Position numbers and translations under genes: made by a program
The notes under the pieces: generated by a model
What the model saw: the letters and a program-made list of their open reading frames with translations, nothing else
Told to the model about the DNA's origin: nothing
The model's database searches: none
Shown: positions 7,761-17,257 of the stretch, in pieces
How positions within the stretch are numbered: the first letter of the stretch is position 1
Layout: every line of letters starts with the position of its first letter
NCBI GenBank assembly: GCA_027051165.1
Contig: JALTZZ010000035.1
Location: forward strand, 4,870-68,869
DNA: 64,000 bases
Source: an archaeon
GTDB taxonomy: Archaea; Hydrothermarchaeota; Hydrothermarchaeia; JALTZZ01
Direction of reading: 5' to 3'

Positions 7761-8981
7761 TTAGTATGCAGCTAATTTTTCGCTCATACAAAGGTTTAAT
7801 GATTCCCCTCTATATATAGGGCAATTGTCTGGAGAGCATTTCTGTAGATATCCGAGCATTGCAAGTATTGGACAATACTTATCACTTTCAGAAACAATAT
7901 CACTTATGCAGAGTTTTAAGATGTTTTTATTATTATGTAAAGGACAAATATAGCACAGATTCTTATCACAGAAAATTCTTGCAAAATCAAAGGTTACATC
8001 AAACTGCTCTGGATAAAATTTGTGTTGTTTAAAAATTTTGTTGTAATCCTTATAAATCTCTCTAATACCTTTTGGAGGATATTTGCTGTATTTTTTATCC
8101 AATTTTTCAATGATAGGCTTCATAACTCTTTCGTAGAATTTTTCATTCCAAACATCTCCTGGAACTTCGAGCTGGTTGAGATACTTATTCGCATTTCTCC
8201 ATCTGCTTAAAACTTTAGAGCTGTGGTGCTTATAATTTTCAAGAGAGCTGAGAATATAACTTTCGTAAATAAAACCTTTTAAATAATCACGCAAAGCTGA
8301 CCATAAACGCTTGTGCCAGAGGTTATTCTTTTTTCTTGAAAAATATCTCTCAAATTTTTCTTCATTATTTAAAACATCAATTATTTCATCTACATCGCTA
8401 TACTCGTTATCGTATGTTAATAAATAAAGTCCAGTAGCTACTTTTCTTACCCAGTTTTCTTCATTTCCATAACTTGTTACGGTGAGCATGAACTCAATTA
8501 AATCCTTATTAAAACTTTTCTCTAATATTTTAAGAGTTCTTTCTACTTTTTCAACTAATCTATGATTTTTTGCTTTCATGAATCTATGTTTAAATTTATC
8601 TTTATTATCAACATTCTTTTCAATGCTAAAGTGTCCTTCCTCATCATTGTAGTATTTTTTAATAACCTCATCGGCAGAAAGCCCTTCTTGAAACTCTTTA
8701 ACAATACGAGTCATTATCGGAAAACACTTTTCCCATACACGTTCGACGGGCATTTGATAATCAAAAATATACATTAGCCAATGGGAAAGCACTAAATGTT
8801 TTGACTCAAAATCATCAATTTCTTCGTTTTTATACTTTTCCCACATTTTGTTTGTATATTTAAGCAACTCTTCTATCCCTCGTTCTTTATGTTCACCATT
8901 CCATCTTGCATTATCAACCCATTTAAAGAATTTCCATAATCTTAATAAATTTTGATTAGTCATAAGTGTTATTTTTGTCAT
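7761..8981 (-). CDS. Uncharacterised 406-aa protein with a Cys-rich C-terminal domain (two CxnCxxC-type clusters). No family recognised.
   Basis: Long ORF with coding-like composition. The C-terminus is CDKNLCYICPLHNNKNILKLC...CPILAMLGYLQKCSPDNCPIYRGESLNLC. It lies between the HEPN-MNT and VapBC modules. Confidence 0.6.
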   Translation of the reverse strand: MTKITLMTNQNLLRLWKFFKWVDNARWNGEHKERGIEELLKYTNKMWEKYKNEEIDDFESKHLVLSHWLMYIFDYQMPVERVWEKCFPIMTRIVKEFQEGLSADEVIKKYYNDEEGHFSIEKNVDNKDKFKHRFMKAKNHRLVEKVERTLKILEKSFNKDLIEFMLTVTSYGNEENWVRKVATGLYLLTYDNEYSDVDEIIDVLNNEEKFERYFSRKKNNLWHKRLWSALRDYLKGFIYESYILSSLENYKHHSSKVLSRWRNANKYLNQLEVPGDVWNEKFYERVMKPIIEKLDKKYSKYPPKGIREIYKDYNKIFKQHKFYPEQFDVTFDFARIFCDKNLCYICPLHNNKNILKLCISDIVSESDKYCPILAMLGYLQKCSPDNCPIYRGESLNLCMSEKLAAY

Positions 8982-9093
8982 TTAACTACTTTAAAAATAA
9001 TTCTAATAAACTAAAAATTAAAAAAATTAAATCTCCATACCAAACTTTTTATTTTCAACTACTTCTTCAACTTTTCTATATAAGCTATAAAAC

Positions 9094-9543
9094 TTACTTC
9101 AGCTTTTCAGCATCATCAACAAACACGATACCTTCTTTTTCACAAACATCCCTAAAATCCTCATCGAAAGAAACAAGATAATTTATCCCATGGAATTTGC
9201 ATGTAGCGAGGATTAATGCATCATTTGGTAAAAGATTATATTTTCTCATATATTCATAAGCCTTCTCAACAATATCATCATTTACACTTAAAATTTTGAA
9301 CTGATCCAAAAATTCCTTTGGCTCATTCTCCTTAATAAATTTGCTAATTTCACCCTTCTTTTTCACATTAATGGCGGAGATTCCAGAAGTTAGAGATATA
9401 TAGTGGAAGATAAATTCGCTAAAAACGATATCATTTATATAACCCTCAACATCAAGCTTGCTTAACTCGTAAAAGAGCTTGGAAGCTTTTTTATTACCTT
9501 TTATAAACTCTATTAGAGCTGAAGAGTCAAAGAATACCTTCAT
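9094..9543 (-). CDS. vapC: PIN-domain ribonuclease VapC toxin.
   Basis: PIN acidic residues are present (MKVFFDSSALIE, NDALILATC, LVSFDEDF). Start is placed at MKVFFD. The ATGA overlap with the vapB stop is as called. Confidence 0.8.
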   Translation of the reverse strand: MKVFFDSSALIEFIKGNKKASKLFYELSKLDVEGYINDIVFSEFIFHYISLTSGISAINVKKKGEISKFIKENEPKEFLDQFKILSVNDDIVEKAYEYMRKYNLLPNDALILATCKFHGINYLVSFDEDFRDVCEKEGIVFVDDAEKLK

Positions 9544-9731
9544 TGAAGATACCACTCTTCCTCTTTTATCTCACCTTTACCAATTCCTTCATATTTTCTC
9601 AAAATTTCTGGATTTAGTCTCCTTTTAGAAAGCTCTTCCCTTAAAAATTTCTCTATTTTCCGCTTCATGTCTTCTTCCATTCCATCAGGAACATTAAGCC
9701 TTATTATAATTTCACCCATATTTTTAATCAA
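9540..9731 (-). CDS. vapB: Small VapB-like antitoxin.
   Basis: A ~60-aa charged protein immediately upstream of and overlapping vapC. Start may be M at 9719. Confidence 0.5.
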   Translation of the reverse strand: MIKNMGEIIIRLNVPDGMEEDMKRKIEKFLREELSKRRLNPEILRKYEGIGKGEIKEEEWYLQ

Positions 9732-9773
9732 GAATTTTAACCATGATAAACGTTTTACCTTTTCCTAATAAAA

Positions 9774-11363
9774 TCAAATCTCCTTACCCATGTAAGCCCC
9801 ATATCTTCTATAGCCGAGCTTTCTGTAGTATTCTCTTGTTCCTACGGCACTTGTTATCAGAACCCTTTCCTTTCCGTGCTTTTCAGCTATTTCTTCAGCC
9901 TTTTCAACCAAAAGCCTTCCATAGCCCTTGTGCTGCTTCGAGAGAAAGCCCTCTTTTTCTTTTAGCGGTAGAGCCGTGCCTAATACCTTAAGCTCCCTTA
10001 TTATTGCTGTCTTTTCATCCATTTCCCAGCGGTGTGCATGCTTTGAAGGAAACCTTAATCTCAGATATCCAACTACCGCAAGCCTCTCTTTATCCTCTAT
10101 AGATAAGAAAAATTCTTTACCCTTAGAAGCTTTGTAGCTCTCGACAAATATTTTTAAATCATCCTCAGTAATTTCAACGTTTTCTCTATACATTACGTGC
10201 CCAACTTCTCTGCACCTTATGCACATGCACCTTGCATTATCTTTTTTCAAAGCTTTAATCACAAGCTCAGCAAGGTTGCTCTTTTTAACTCCAGCTACTA
10301 TCAGCTCGCTTGGTATGTCTCTCTGTATCCTCATAACCCTTACCCAAGGTGGAAGAATCTTTTTTATCTCTTTTATAAGTTCAACAGCCTCTTCATCGCT
10401 ATATGGCTTGTATTCTCCATGCTTCCACATCTCATAAAGCTCTGTTCCCTTAACAACGAGAGTTGGATAAATTTTGAGCATATCTGGCTTGAAGTTCTCG
10501 TTTTTAAAAATCTTTTTAAACATCTCCAGGTCCTCGGAGAAGTTTGAGAACAAGCCGGGCATCATGTGGTAGCACACCTTAAGTCCAGCATCTTTTAATA
10601 TGCGTGTAGCCTCTACGACATCGTCAACAGTATGCCCTCTATTTACGAGGTCGTATATCTCTTGTTTTATCGTCTGAACACCGAGCTCAACTCTCGTAGT
10701 TCCGTAGCTCAGCATTAGATCAACATGCTCTTCCTTAGAAAAATCTGGTCTCGTCTCTATCGTTAAGCCTACGCACCTAACCCTTGCTACCTCGTTTTCT
10801 CTGTGAGCTTCTTCCAAGCTTATAGGCTCATTTTTATAGCTTGGAAAATCGTTCATAGCCTTAAAGCATCTTGCAACAAAGTCTTTTTGATAATCTACTG
10901 GAGATGCTAAGAAAGTTCCCCCCATTATTATAAGCTCAACCTTTTCTATGCTGTGTCCTATCGAGCTTAGTTGCCTTAACCTATCGTGCACCTGCAGATA
11001 CGGATCGTAGTTCGCTCTCTTTGCTCTTAGCGTTGCTGGCTCGTAGCCAGTGTAGCTCTGCGGTGCATTCTCACCACGTGGACAGTAAATGCATCTGCCG
11101 GGGCATGGATAGGGTTTGGACATAACAGCTACAACAGCCACACCTGAGATCGTTCTCACGGGCTTCTTTGTTAATAAAGATTTAATTTCTTTATCTTCTA
11201 TAAATTTCATTATTTCTGAGTTCTTCGGTATATTAATTCTGTATTTTCTTGATATTCTTGCTTTTATTCTTTTAATTTCTTCTCTCGCTTCTATAAAGTT
11301 TTTCTTTTTAATTTTTTTTATTTCCTCTGCAATTTCTCTTAAAGCTTTTTCTTTTACAAGCAT
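9774..11363 (-). CDS. elp3: Elp3-like radical-SAM / GNAT tRNA-modifying enzyme.
   Basis: Radical-SAM CPGRCIYCP cluster plus a C-terminal acetyltransferase domain. Length is 529 aa. Confidence 0.9.
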   Translation of the reverse strand: MLVKEKALREIAEEIKKIKKKNFIEAREEIKRIKARISRKYRINIPKNSEIMKFIEDKEIKSLLTKKPVRTISGVAVVAVMSKPYPCPGRCIYCPRGENAPQSYTGYEPATLRAKRANYDPYLQVHDRLRQLSSIGHSIEKVELIIMGGTFLASPVDYQKDFVARCFKAMNDFPSYKNEPISLEEAHRENEVARVRCVGLTIETRPDFSKEEHVDLMLSYGTTRVELGVQTIKQEIYDLVNRGHTVDDVVEATRILKDAGLKVCYHMMPGLFSNFSEDLEMFKKIFKNENFKPDMLKIYPTLVVKGTELYEMWKHGEYKPYSDEEAVELIKEIKKILPPWVRVMRIQRDIPSELIVAGVKKSNLAELVIKALKKDNARCMCIRCREVGHVMYRENVEITEDDLKIFVESYKASKGKEFFLSIEDKERLAVVGYLRLRFPSKHAHRWEMDEKTAIIRELKVLGTALPLKEKEGFLSKQHKGYGRLLVEKAEEIAEKHGKERVLITSAVGTREYYRKLGYRRYGAYMGKEI

Positions 11364-11394
11364 CTATTATTAAAAAGAAGGTTAACCTTTTCAT

Positions 11395-12021
11395 TTGTTA
11401 AACTTCTGTATGATAGAGGTGTCTGATATGTTTGCCCCTTGCAGATATAGGGAGGATACAATGTGCACATTAACTAAAAGAGACTGCTTCGGTATGCACT
11501 ACGATCCAGAGAAGGATGAATACTATTTTGACAGATTTAAAGAAAGATCGTGCCCAAGCTACGAGCCAAGCAAGATAGAGCTACCTTCTGAAGCACCTCA
11601 GGATTTTGATACAAGGGTTAAGGATACTGGACAAGTAGCAAAGAAAAGACCGGATAACATCGTTTTCATAAGGCTCTTTGGAAGAGGTGGAAGGGTTTTA
11701 TATGGCGAAGATGAGGCGGCAAGCTTCGTAGAGACGGAGGATGTTTACCTCTATGCGGAGATTCTGCAGAGCTACTTCAAGAAGAAGTATGGAGACCAAG
11801 TAATTGTTGAAGGTATTGATATAACCTCTGATAGAATTGACGAATTCCCAATGGTTAAGGAGATTTTAATGAAAGAAGGAATAAACAGCTATATAGTAAT
11901 GATAAACGATACAATAAGATTTATAGGAGATCCGAGAAATATCCCTCTCGGACTTATAAGAGCGGATATCGAGAGACTCGGTGTAAAGCCTATAAAGAAG
12001 AAAAAAGAAAAGAAAAAGTGA
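11395..12021 (+). CDS. Hypothetical protein with an N-terminal Cys cluster (CRY...C..C...C).
   Basis: ORF with coding-like composition and a Lys-rich tail. No family recognised. Real start probably MFAPCRY at ~11431. Confidence 0.45.
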   Translation: MLNFCMIEVSDMFAPCRYREDTMCTLTKRDCFGMHYDPEKDEYYFDRFKERSCPSYEPSKIELPSEAPQDFDTRVKDTGQVAKKRPDNIVFIRLFGRGGRVLYGEDEAASFVETEDVYLYAEILQSYFKKKYGDQVIVEGIDITSDRIDEFPMVKEILMKEGINSYIVMINDTIRFIGDPRNIPLGLIRADIERLGVKPIKKKKEKKK

Positions 12022-13154
12022 CTATAGGTGATAAAATGTATAAAATAGCAGTTATACCCGGTGATGGTATTGGAAAAGAGGTTGTTGAAGAAGCGGTTAA
12101 AGTTTTAAATGCTGTAAGTGAGGTTTTCAATATTGAATTTAAATTCGACTACTTTCCTTTTGGTGCGGAGTATTATTTAAAAACTGGTAAAACTCTTGAA
12201 GAAGATGATTTAAAAGAGCTCTCAAAATACAACGCTATACTTTTTGGAGCAGTCGGAGATCCGAGGGTTAAACCGGGAATACTTGAGCAAGGAATTCTGT
12301 TAAAGCTTAGATTTTATTTTGATCTTTATGTTAATCTTAGACCAGTTAAGGCACTTCCCAACGTTAATATACCGATTCATGGAAAAAGCTATAAGGATAT
12401 AAATTTCTACGTAGTTAGAGAAAATACCGAAGATTTTTACGTTGGAATAGGAGATAGAACAAAGGAAAACAACAAAAAAAGGCTTGAAGTTTTGAGAGAG
12501 CTTTATAAGCTGAAATTTGATATTGAGCTTGAAAAAGAGGGAAGCGAAGAAATTGCGTATCAGATAGGTGTTATAAGCAGAGAAGGTGCTAAGAGGGTTA
12601 TAGAATATGCATTTAAGCTTGCGGAGTATAAAGGGCTGAGGAAGGTTACGAGCGTTGATAAGGCAAACGTGCTTACATACGTCTACAGCCTTTGGAGAGA
12701 AGTTTTCGAGGAAGTTGCAGCTAAATATAAGGAAATTGAACATGAGCATGTCTTTGTAGATGCAATGGCAATGTTCATGATAACAAAGCCGGAAGCCTTC
12801 GACGTTGTTGTTACTCCAAACATGTTTGGAGATATACTAACGGATTTGGGGGCTGCAATACAAGGAGGCATAGGTTTAGCTCCAAGCGGAAATATAGGTG
12901 ATAAAATTGCAATGTTCGAGCCCGTTCATGGCTCAGCTCCAGATATAAAGGGAAAGGGCATTGCTAACCCAGTAGCCACCATCTTAAGCTCCGCTTTAAT
13001 GCTCGACTATCTCGGCGAGAGAAAAGCCGCAGAAGCTGTTGAAAGAGCTGTTGAGGAGACTCTTGCGAAAAGAATTATGACACCAGATCTTGGTGGAAAG
13101 CACAGCACAAAAGAGGTGGGCAATGCAATAGCTGAAAGAATAAAATCTGGGTGA
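12018..13154 (+). CDS. 3-isopropylmalate / homoisocitrate dehydrogenase family (LeuB-like).
   Basis: Motifs IAVIPGDGIGKEV, NLRP, VRENTEDFYVG, VDKANVL and NMFGDILTDLGAAIQGGIGLAPSGNIG. Probable start is ATG 12036. Confidence 0.85.
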   Translation: MTIGDKMYKIAVIPGDGIGKEVVEEAVKVLNAVSEVFNIEFKFDYFPFGAEYYLKTGKTLEEDDLKELSKYNAILFGAVGDPRVKPGILEQGILLKLRFYFDLYVNLRPVKALPNVNIPIHGKSYKDINFYVVRENTEDFYVGIGDRTKENNKKRLEVLRELYKLKFDIELEKEGSEEIAYQIGVISREGAKRVIEYAFKLAEYKGLRKVTSVDKANVLTYVYSLWREVFEEVAAKYKEIEHEHVFVDAMAMFMITKPEAFDVVVTPNMFGDILTDLGAAIQGGIGLAPSGNIGDKIAMFEPVHGSAPDIKGKGIANPVATILSSALMLDYLGERKAAEAVERAVEETLAKRIMTPDLGGKHSTKEVGNAIAERIKSG

Positions 13155-13158
13155 TCCT

Positions 13159-14802
13159 ATGGAGGTAGGTGATGTTGCCAATTCCGTAGAGCTTAAAGAG
13201 GAGGACGTAATTCTCAACAACATCCTCGCAGTATCAGTTTTAAGCGAAACCCTAAAGACTACGCTCGGTCCAAAGGGATTTGATAAAATGCTCAGAGACA
13301 GCTACAACCAAGTAGCAATAACAGATAACGGAGCTGCAATACTTGCTATAGCAAACATTCAGCATCCTATAGCAAAAATGGTGGTTAATCTTGCCAAGAT
13401 TCATGAGAGGGATTTTGGAGACGGCACGACAACTCTCGTTGTTCTCGTAGGCGAACTTTTAAAGAGGGCTGGAGACCTTATGCAAAAAGGATTGATGCCA
13501 GCCACCATAATAAGCGGATATATAAAAGCCCAGAAAAAAGCATTGGAAATTTTAAAAGAGCTGTCCCTTGACGTTAGGAAGGAGGATATATTCAATATAG
13601 CATACAGCTCGCTTAAAGGAAAGCTGAGCGATGAGGATGCGAAGCATTTGGCAAAGATAGCTACGGAAGCGATAACGAGGGCTAAGGATAAGGAGAACAT
13701 ACTAATAAGCTACAGACCCGGAGGAAAAATAAGGGATACTGTTTTAATTGACGGCGTGTTTATAGATCTTGGAAAAAGGGTTCACCCAAGCATGCCGAAA
13801 AAAGTTAAAAATGCAAGAATATTGCTTGTTGACAGAGAAATTTCAACTTATATACCTAAGGGCACGAAGTTTGTGATGAACGATCCGAGAAGCGTAAGAG
13901 CTTTGATGGAGTATAAGCACAGACTTTTCTACACCGTTGCAAGCATTATAAAGAGGGCTGGAGCTAACGTTGTTCTCTGCGAGAAGAACATAGAAGAGCT
14001 TGCAATGTTTTATTTCGCAAGATTTGGAATAATGGCTGTTAGGGATGTAGAAAAACCTGTTTTAAAGCTTTTAGAAAAGGCTACAAAAGCAAGAATAGTG
14101 AGCAACGTTAAAGACGTTAATCCAAGCGTTTTGGGATACGCAAAACTCGTTGAAGAAAGCAAAATAGGTTTAGAAGAAATAATGTATGTTACAGGATGTT
14201 TAAATAAAGATGTTGTCTCAATACTCGTTAGGGGTGGAAGTGAAGTAACAGCAATGGAAGTGGAGAGAAAAATGAGAGATTTAATAATAATGCTTGAAAG
14301 GGTCTACAAGAGCAAGAGGGTTCTCGCTGGTGGTGGAGCTTGCGAAATAGAGCTGGCTGAGAGGTTGAGAAGGTTTGCAAAAACAATACCGACGAAAGAA
14401 CAGCTCGCAGTAGAAGCTTTCGCAGATGCCCTTGAAACGATACCTAAGGCAATAGCAATGAATGCTGGCATGAACGTAATAGATGCGATTATAAGCCTGA
14501 GATACGAACACGGTAAAGGTAATATATACCATGGCTTAGATGTAAACGACAGAAAAATCAAGAACACGTATGAAGCCGGGATAATAGACAACTACGTTTC
14601 AAAGAGGCAGATTATAAGAGCGGCAACGGAGCTTGCAGTAACAATACTTAAGGTTGACAGCATAATAGCCAAAAAGCCTAAGCCAAAGAAGAAACCAGTA
14701 GAAAAACCAAGACAAATTTTCAAGGAAGGAAAAATAGATTTAACAGAAGCTGTAAGAGAGTCGAGGCAAGTTTTGAAGCGTATCGAGAAGATGAATCTCT
14801 AA
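13159..14802 (+). CDS. Group II chaperonin (thermosome/CCT family) paralog, divergent, with a basic Lys-rich C-terminal tail.
   Basis: LGPKGFDKML, ITDNGAAIL, GDGTTT and an apical domain are present. The tail is KKPKPKKKPVEKPRQIF... instead of the usual Gly/Met-rich tail. Confidence 0.75.
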   Translation: MEVGDVANSVELKEEDVILNNILAVSVLSETLKTTLGPKGFDKMLRDSYNQVAITDNGAAILAIANIQHPIAKMVVNLAKIHERDFGDGTTTLVVLVGELLKRAGDLMQKGLMPATIISGYIKAQKKALEILKELSLDVRKEDIFNIAYSSLKGKLSDEDAKHLAKIATEAITRAKDKENILISYRPGGKIRDTVLIDGVFIDLGKRVHPSMPKKVKNARILLVDREISTYIPKGTKFVMNDPRSVRALMEYKHRLFYTVASIIKRAGANVVLCEKNIEELAMFYFARFGIMAVRDVEKPVLKLLEKATKARIVSNVKDVNPSVLGYAKLVEESKIGLEEIMYVTGCLNKDVVSILVRGGSEVTAMEVERKMRDLIIMLERVYKSKRVLAGGGACEIELAERLRRFAKTIPTKEQLAVEAFADALETIPKAIAMNAGMNVIDAIISLRYEHGKGNIYHGLDVNDRKIKNTYEAGIIDNYVSKRQIIRAATELAVTILKVDSIIAKKPKPKKKPVEKPRQIFKEGKIDLTEAVRESRQVLKRIEKMNL

Positions 14803-14813
14803 TTTATAATTTT

Positions 14814-15572
14814 TTGGTGAAAATTATGATTGAAGAGGCAGAAAAAGTAGTGGAGATTGACGAAAAAATATATTGGCTTGGAGTTTATGAGGAAAATGCT
14901 GTTTTAAGATCAAATATTTATCTAATAGACGATGACGAAGATGCAGTTTTAATAGAACCCGGCTCTGCAAAATATTTTGATGTGTTCTATGAAAAGCTTA
15001 AATCTGTTGTAGATCCTGAAAAGATAAATTATATATTTGTTTCCCATCAAGATCCCGATGTTGCAAGCTGTATACCTCTTCTCGAAAAAAAGCTTAATAA
15101 AAAATTTACAATTATCACCCATACAAGAACAACATTCCTACTACCGTTTTATGATATAAAGAGCAGCTATTATACTGTAGATACAAATAAATGGAAGCTT
15201 GTTTTAAAAAGTGGGAGAATTCTAAGATTTCTTTTTATGCCATACTGCCACTTTCCCGGCATGATAGTTATGTATGATACAAAAAGCAGAATTCTCTTTT
15301 CTGGAGATCTCTTCGGCGGCTTCAGCTACAGATGGAAGCTGTTTGCTGATGAATGGTATATAGAAGCTATGAAAGCCTTCCACGAGCACTACATGCCAAG
15401 CAGAGAAATTCTTAGCCACAATATATCAAAACTTGAAAAGCTCGATATTAAGATGATAGCACCTCAACACGGATCAATAATAGCAAAGGATATAGAAAAA
15501 TACATTGAAACCCTGAAAAATCTTGAATGCGGAGACTATCTTTATGTAAGAGATGATATCTTGGAGGAGTAG
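14814..15572 (+). CDS. Metallo-beta-lactamase-fold protein resembling the N-terminal diiron domain of flavodiiron proteins (ODP-like). No flavodoxin domain.
   Basis: YWLGVYEEN...SNIYLIDDDEDAVLIEPG...VSHQDPD. Length is 252 aa. Confidence 0.65.
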   Translation: MVKIMIEEAEKVVEIDEKIYWLGVYEENAVLRSNIYLIDDDEDAVLIEPGSAKYFDVFYEKLKSVVDPEKINYIFVSHQDPDVASCIPLLEKKLNKKFTIITHTRTTFLLPFYDIKSSYYTVDTNKWKLVLKSGRILRFLFMPYCHFPGMIVMYDTKSRILFSGDLFGGFSYRWKLFADEWYIEAMKAFHEHYMPSREILSHNISKLEKLDIKMIAPQHGSIIAKDIEKYIETLKNLECGDYLYVRDDILEE

Positions 15573-15575
15573 AGT

Positions 15576-15854
15576 GTGGCAAGCTATAGAGAGGCTCTTG
15601 AGCTTATAATAAAGAGACAGTTCGGCATCTATGGTCCAGAGAAGGTTATAGAGTTTACAAAAAAGATGGGGGTTGAGGTTGATAAAAAGGGAAGAATTTT
15701 AAAAATGCCAGAAAATGTTGATGAAAAAGAGTTTTTGGTTAAATTTGTCAATGAAATGAAAAAAGAACTTGGAAAATTATCGTTTCTTGCATGTAAAATA
15801 GCTTTAATATATTTTTTCACAAAAAATAAATTAAAGAATCCTTTTGAAAATTAA
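15576..15854 (+). CDS. Small hypothetical protein immediately downstream of the MBL-fold gene.
   Basis: ORF only. Its 3' end overlaps the tldD stop by 4 nt in convergent orientation. No family recognised. Confidence 0.3.
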   Translation: MASYREALELIIKRQFGIYGPEKVIEFTKKMGVEVDKKGRILKMPENVDEKEFLVKFVNEMKKELGKLSFLACKIALIYFFTKNKLKNPFEN

Positions 15855-17185
15855 ATTCTTCCTCCAACGCTTGCTATAGTTCTTATGTGTGCTCCTCCAT
15901 CTCCAACTGGAACGTATTGCCCATTTTTTCCACAGAAGCCTATGTGCATGCTGAAGTCCTTACCTACGGCATCTATATTTTTAAGAATCTCAAGGGTTTC
16001 CCCAGAGAGAGCAACATCCTTTATAGGCTCCTTTATTTCTCCCTTCTCTATTATAAATCCTTCTTCGCATGAGAACTGGAACACGCCTCTCGCTGGATCT
16101 ACTTCACCACCCTTTGAGCCTAAGAGGTATAAACCGTAGTCTATATCTTCTATAAGCTCCTCGAAGCTGTAATCTAAAGGCTTTAAGTAGGTGTTGCTCA
16201 TCCTCACTATAGGCTCGCTTGAAAAGTTCTGAGCTCTTGCATTTCCAGTAAGCTCTGAACCGAGAAGCTCAGCGGTTTCTCTGCTATGCAGATAGCTCCT
16301 TAGAAAGCCGTTTTCTACAACAGCCTTCTTTTCAGCCTCAACTCCTTCGTCATCATAGAAGTAGAATCCGAAGGAACCGCTCAACGTGGGGTCATCGTAT
16401 ATAGTAACAATATCGCTTGCTATTTTTTCGCCAAGCTTATTTGCTAAGATGGATTCTTTGTTTGCAACGTGGTCTGCTTCTACGGCGTGTCCAAGGGCTT
16501 CGTGTATAAAAACACCAGTAAGCTTAGGGTCAAGAACAACCTTAAACCTGCCCTTTGGGGGAGTTCTTGCTCTTAAAAGCCTTAAGGCTCTCTCACAAGC
16601 TCTTTTTACAGTATCTTCAGAATTTTCAAGAGCCTCGAAACCAGCTACAGCACCAATCCTTTCAAAGGCATATTGCACTTCTTTATCCCTTGCATAGCAC
16701 GTGCAGAGCATGCTTATCCTTGGTATTTCCTGCTCTATTTCACTTCCCTCGCTACTGTAGTATCTTGTTACAGTTTTAACTGTGGTTAGGGAAAAGCTTC
16801 TGCTCACAATTTTTCTGTAATCCTTTGCTATTTCATCCATATCCTTCAAAAATTCTTTTCTCTCATCGAAATCTATGTTTTCAAACGGAATCTTACACTT
16901 TACAATTTTTTTATCTTTTATTGGTTTTCCTTTTTTTACTTTTTTCTTTTCTCCAATTTTAGCCATTTTATAAGCCTTCATTGCTATTTCGTATAAATCT
17001 TCTATATTGTTACTTGAAGCAAATCCAATTCCCTTGTCTATGACTCTAACACTTACTCCGAAAGTTCTTCCACTTGAGACCTCTTCTATCTTTGAATCCT
17101 TTAAAACTATTGTATCGCTGAGGTTTTCCTGTATCCTCACCTCTACAAGCTCAGCATCGAGGTTAAGAATCTTGCTCAGGTTCAT
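15851..17185 (-). CDS. TldD/PmbA family metalloprotease.
   Basis: HEALGHAVEADH metal site, FQFSCEEGF and the GRI C-terminus. Length is 444 aa. Confidence 0.85.
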   Translation of the reverse strand: MNLSKILNLDAELVEVRIQENLSDTIVLKDSKIEEVSSGRTFGVSVRVIDKGIGFASSNNIEDLYEIAMKAYKMAKIGEKKKVKKGKPIKDKKIVKCKIPFENIDFDERKEFLKDMDEIAKDYRKIVSRSFSLTTVKTVTRYYSSEGSEIEQEIPRISMLCTCYARDKEVQYAFERIGAVAGFEALENSEDTVKRACERALRLLRARTPPKGRFKVVLDPKLTGVFIHEALGHAVEADHVANKESILANKLGEKIASDIVTIYDDPTLSGSFGFYFYDDEGVEAEKKAVVENGFLRSYLHSRETAELLGSELTGNARAQNFSSEPIVRMSNTYLKPLDYSFEELIEDIDYGLYLLGSKGGEVDPARGVFQFSCEEGFIIEKGEIKEPIKDVALSGETLEILKNIDAVGKDFSMHIGFCGKNGQYVPVGDGGAHIRTIASVGGRI

Positions 17186-17257
17186 GAATCTTCACCTTTC
17201 CACAAAAATTATACTTTAAAATAAAAAATTAAAATTTTATTTAAAAATCTGTAGAAG

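Noticed and set aside
8982-9093. Possible fourth, very degenerate elp3-end copy (aaatctccataccaaac...cttctatat) between the 406-aa gene and vapC.
   Set aside because: Similarity is limited to two ~8-nt words in AT-rich sequence and is not distinguishable from chance.
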